21,326 bases of DNA, from assembly GCF_004010195.1 (NCBI RefSeq), contig NC_057718.1:96557765-96579090 (forward strand), read 5' to 3'. The position numbers and the translations under genes were made by a program. This document shows, piece after piece, positions 19,495 to 21,326 of the stretch; the stretch's first letter is position 1; each line of letters starts with the position of its first letter. The DNA is from Chiloscyllium plagiosum (lineage: Eukaryota). The notes beneath the pieces are model-generated. The model made no database searches and was not told the DNA's origin. It worked only from the letters and a program-made list of their open reading frames with translations.

Positions 19495-20444
19495 GACAGT
19501 GCAAAGCAACTTAAAGTGTTCTGGGCCTGCTCAACCTTTGCTAAAACTGTGGGTGTGAATATGGTTTATAACGCAGTGTAGATCTTTCCTTTCTGGGAGC
19601 AGTGATTCCTCAATGGTATTCGTTGGCTGTCCATGAACATAATCGACTCAGTAAAATCTAAGCATCTAACTGGATCTCGGTGTGCACGGTTTAAACAAGA
19701 TTAAAAGTAAACAGGTCTTTTTATAGATATTAATCAGAACTCACAGTCCTCTCTGTTACCCTGAATATGGTGTTGAAACACTTAATGATTTGTGGGTGGT
19801 TTTTGTAAAAATATAAATGCAGACATTTTTGCTGAGTCAGCAGAGTGCTCACCAATTACGGGCACATTTCACAAAGGAAACATTTATTAAATATGGGGAT
19901 TCCAAAACTTTGGTTGAATGGTATTTTCCACCCTCAAAGCATAGTTTAATGAAATTTCAGTCTACTATTAGTATTGTACCTTTTCCAAACTGCAGGCTGT
20001 GTAAACAAGGAACCCTTTCAGTGCACACGATGGCTCCAAGGGCTAAAAGCACCTTGTTTGATACCATGATGAATGCAATAGAGGAAGCAGATTAAAGTTG
20101 TGTGAATTTTTCTCCTGATAGATTTAGAAACTGTGATAAATGAAAGCTGCAATACCTGTCACACCTAATACTGCAACCAATCTTTTCCTCGTTAAGTTTA
20201 AAGCATGACGTCAGTTAGTCCTGTTGCCTGTTAATATCATTGCTGTTTCATGTGCTATTTCTGGTGACCCATACCTCTTGTTGTATTGTCTCCACTGACT
20301 GTATCTCTTTCAGGTGGCCGTGTGCTTTTAATTACACTATAAGCTCGAAATGTGAGCAACTGGTATCAGTTATTTTCTAAGTGGCATCATTTAACATGCA
20401 CAGGATGGCCCGACCTCAAATAAAGGGAACCAATTCAAGTTGAA

Positions 20445-20545
20445 AATAAAAAGTCACTTCAGACTTGAAATGTTACCCCTGTCTCTCTCTCTCTCTGTCT
20501 GTCTTTCCACAAACACTGTCAGCCTTGCTGAGTTTCTCAGGCACC
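20445..20545 (+). mobile_element. Decayed Penelope-like terminal repeat, third family
   Basis: Hairpin aagtc-acttca-gactt followed by GAAATGTTA, a (TC)n tract and ccacaaacactgtcagccttgctgagtttctc; the CTGANGA box is lost. Confidence 0.5.
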
Positions 20546-20554
20546 TTACAACAA

Positions 20555-20660
20555 CACAGAGTACATGAGTAGGCCACTCAGCCCTTCACAGCTGCTACAC
20601 CATTCACCACAATCACAGCCGATCATCCAACTCAGTCCCCTATTCACACTTTCCCTCCAT
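20555..20660 (-). mobile_element. CR1 3' UTR fragment
   Basis: gagtaggccactcagcccttc..ccattcaccacaatcacagccgatc. Confidence 0.65.
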
Positions 20661-20766
20661 AAAATCTTTTTTTTCATTTTGTTTCTTCAGCATACTGGTG
20701 TGTTTTGATTTTGTTACAGTAACTAAAGAGGGTGTTTTTGAAGATACAAACAGTCAAGATCATATT

Positions 20767-21005
20767 ATCCCTACAGTGTGAAAACAGGCCATTTGGCCCA
20801 TTGAGTTCATAATGACCCTCCAAAGAGCATCTCACCCAGACCCATTCCCCTACCTTACTCCTGTAATCCACCTAGCCTGCACATCCTTGGACACAATGGG
20901 CAATTTCCTATGGCCATTTGGAATCCCCATACTTAAGAAGTGTTTCCTCTGTGAGATGTGCCTGTAATCCAACCCAGCCTGCACATCCGTGGACAAAATG
21001 GGCAT
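20767..21005 (-). mobile_element. HE1 SINE 3' portion with internal duplication
   Basis: tccctacagtgtgaaaacaggccatttggccc; agcctgcacatcc.tggaca.aatgggca present twice. Confidence 0.8.
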
Positions 21006-21008
21006 TTT

Positions 21009-21326
21009 AGCATCCGAGGAGCAGTAAAATCGACATTTCTGGCAAAAGCCCTTCATCGGGAATACAGGCAGAGAGCCTGCAGGGTGGAAAGATAAGTGAG
21101 AGGAGGGTGGGGGTGGGGAGAAAGTAGCATAGAGCACAATATGTGAGTGGGGGAGGGGATGAAGGTAATAGGTCAGGGAGGAGGATGGAGTGGATAGGTG
21201 GAAAGGAAGATAGGCAGGTAGGACAAGTCATGGGGACAGTGCTGAGCTGGAAGTTTGGAGCTGGAGTGAGGTGGGGGAAGGGGAAATGAGGAAACTGGTG
21301 AAGTCCACATTGATGCCCTGGGGATG
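21009..21326 (-). mobile_element. Penelope-like element 3' region (ORF end, UTR, hammerhead), running off the window
   Basis: Minus strand PQGINVDFTSFLISP, C-rich UTR, then attcCCGATGA-agggcttttgcca-GAAATGTC. Confidence 0.85.

Overview
Repeat-dense eukaryotic DNA, almost certainly elasmobranch (probably a shark), judged from HE1-type SINEs and HER1/CR1 LINE tails. No complete protein-coding gene is supportable; nearly all listed ORFs are repeat-derived or chance. The window holds about 7 HE1 SINEs, other tRNA-derived SINEs, many nested CR1/HER1, L2 and Rex1/Babar LINE fragments, a solo LTR and a ~1.87 kb CpG-rich 28-bp minisatellite. The main signal is about 12 insertions of a ~130-bp Penelope-like (PLE) terminal repeat that begins with a minimal hammerhead ribozyme motif (attc-CTGATGA-a-GGGC-ttat-GCCC-GAAAC-GTC). 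Several have clear 10-16 bp target site duplications, and four are head-to-head inverted dimers. The minisatellite starts exactly where a Penelope 3' UTR should enter its hammerhead, and one lone unit of the same minisatellite sits inside the hammerhead core of another copy ~1.2 kb away. A few candidate exons, including a possible 12-nt microexon, lie in the unique sequence but are unverified. Family names come from recalled consensus sequences, not database searches, and most LINE boundaries are approximate.
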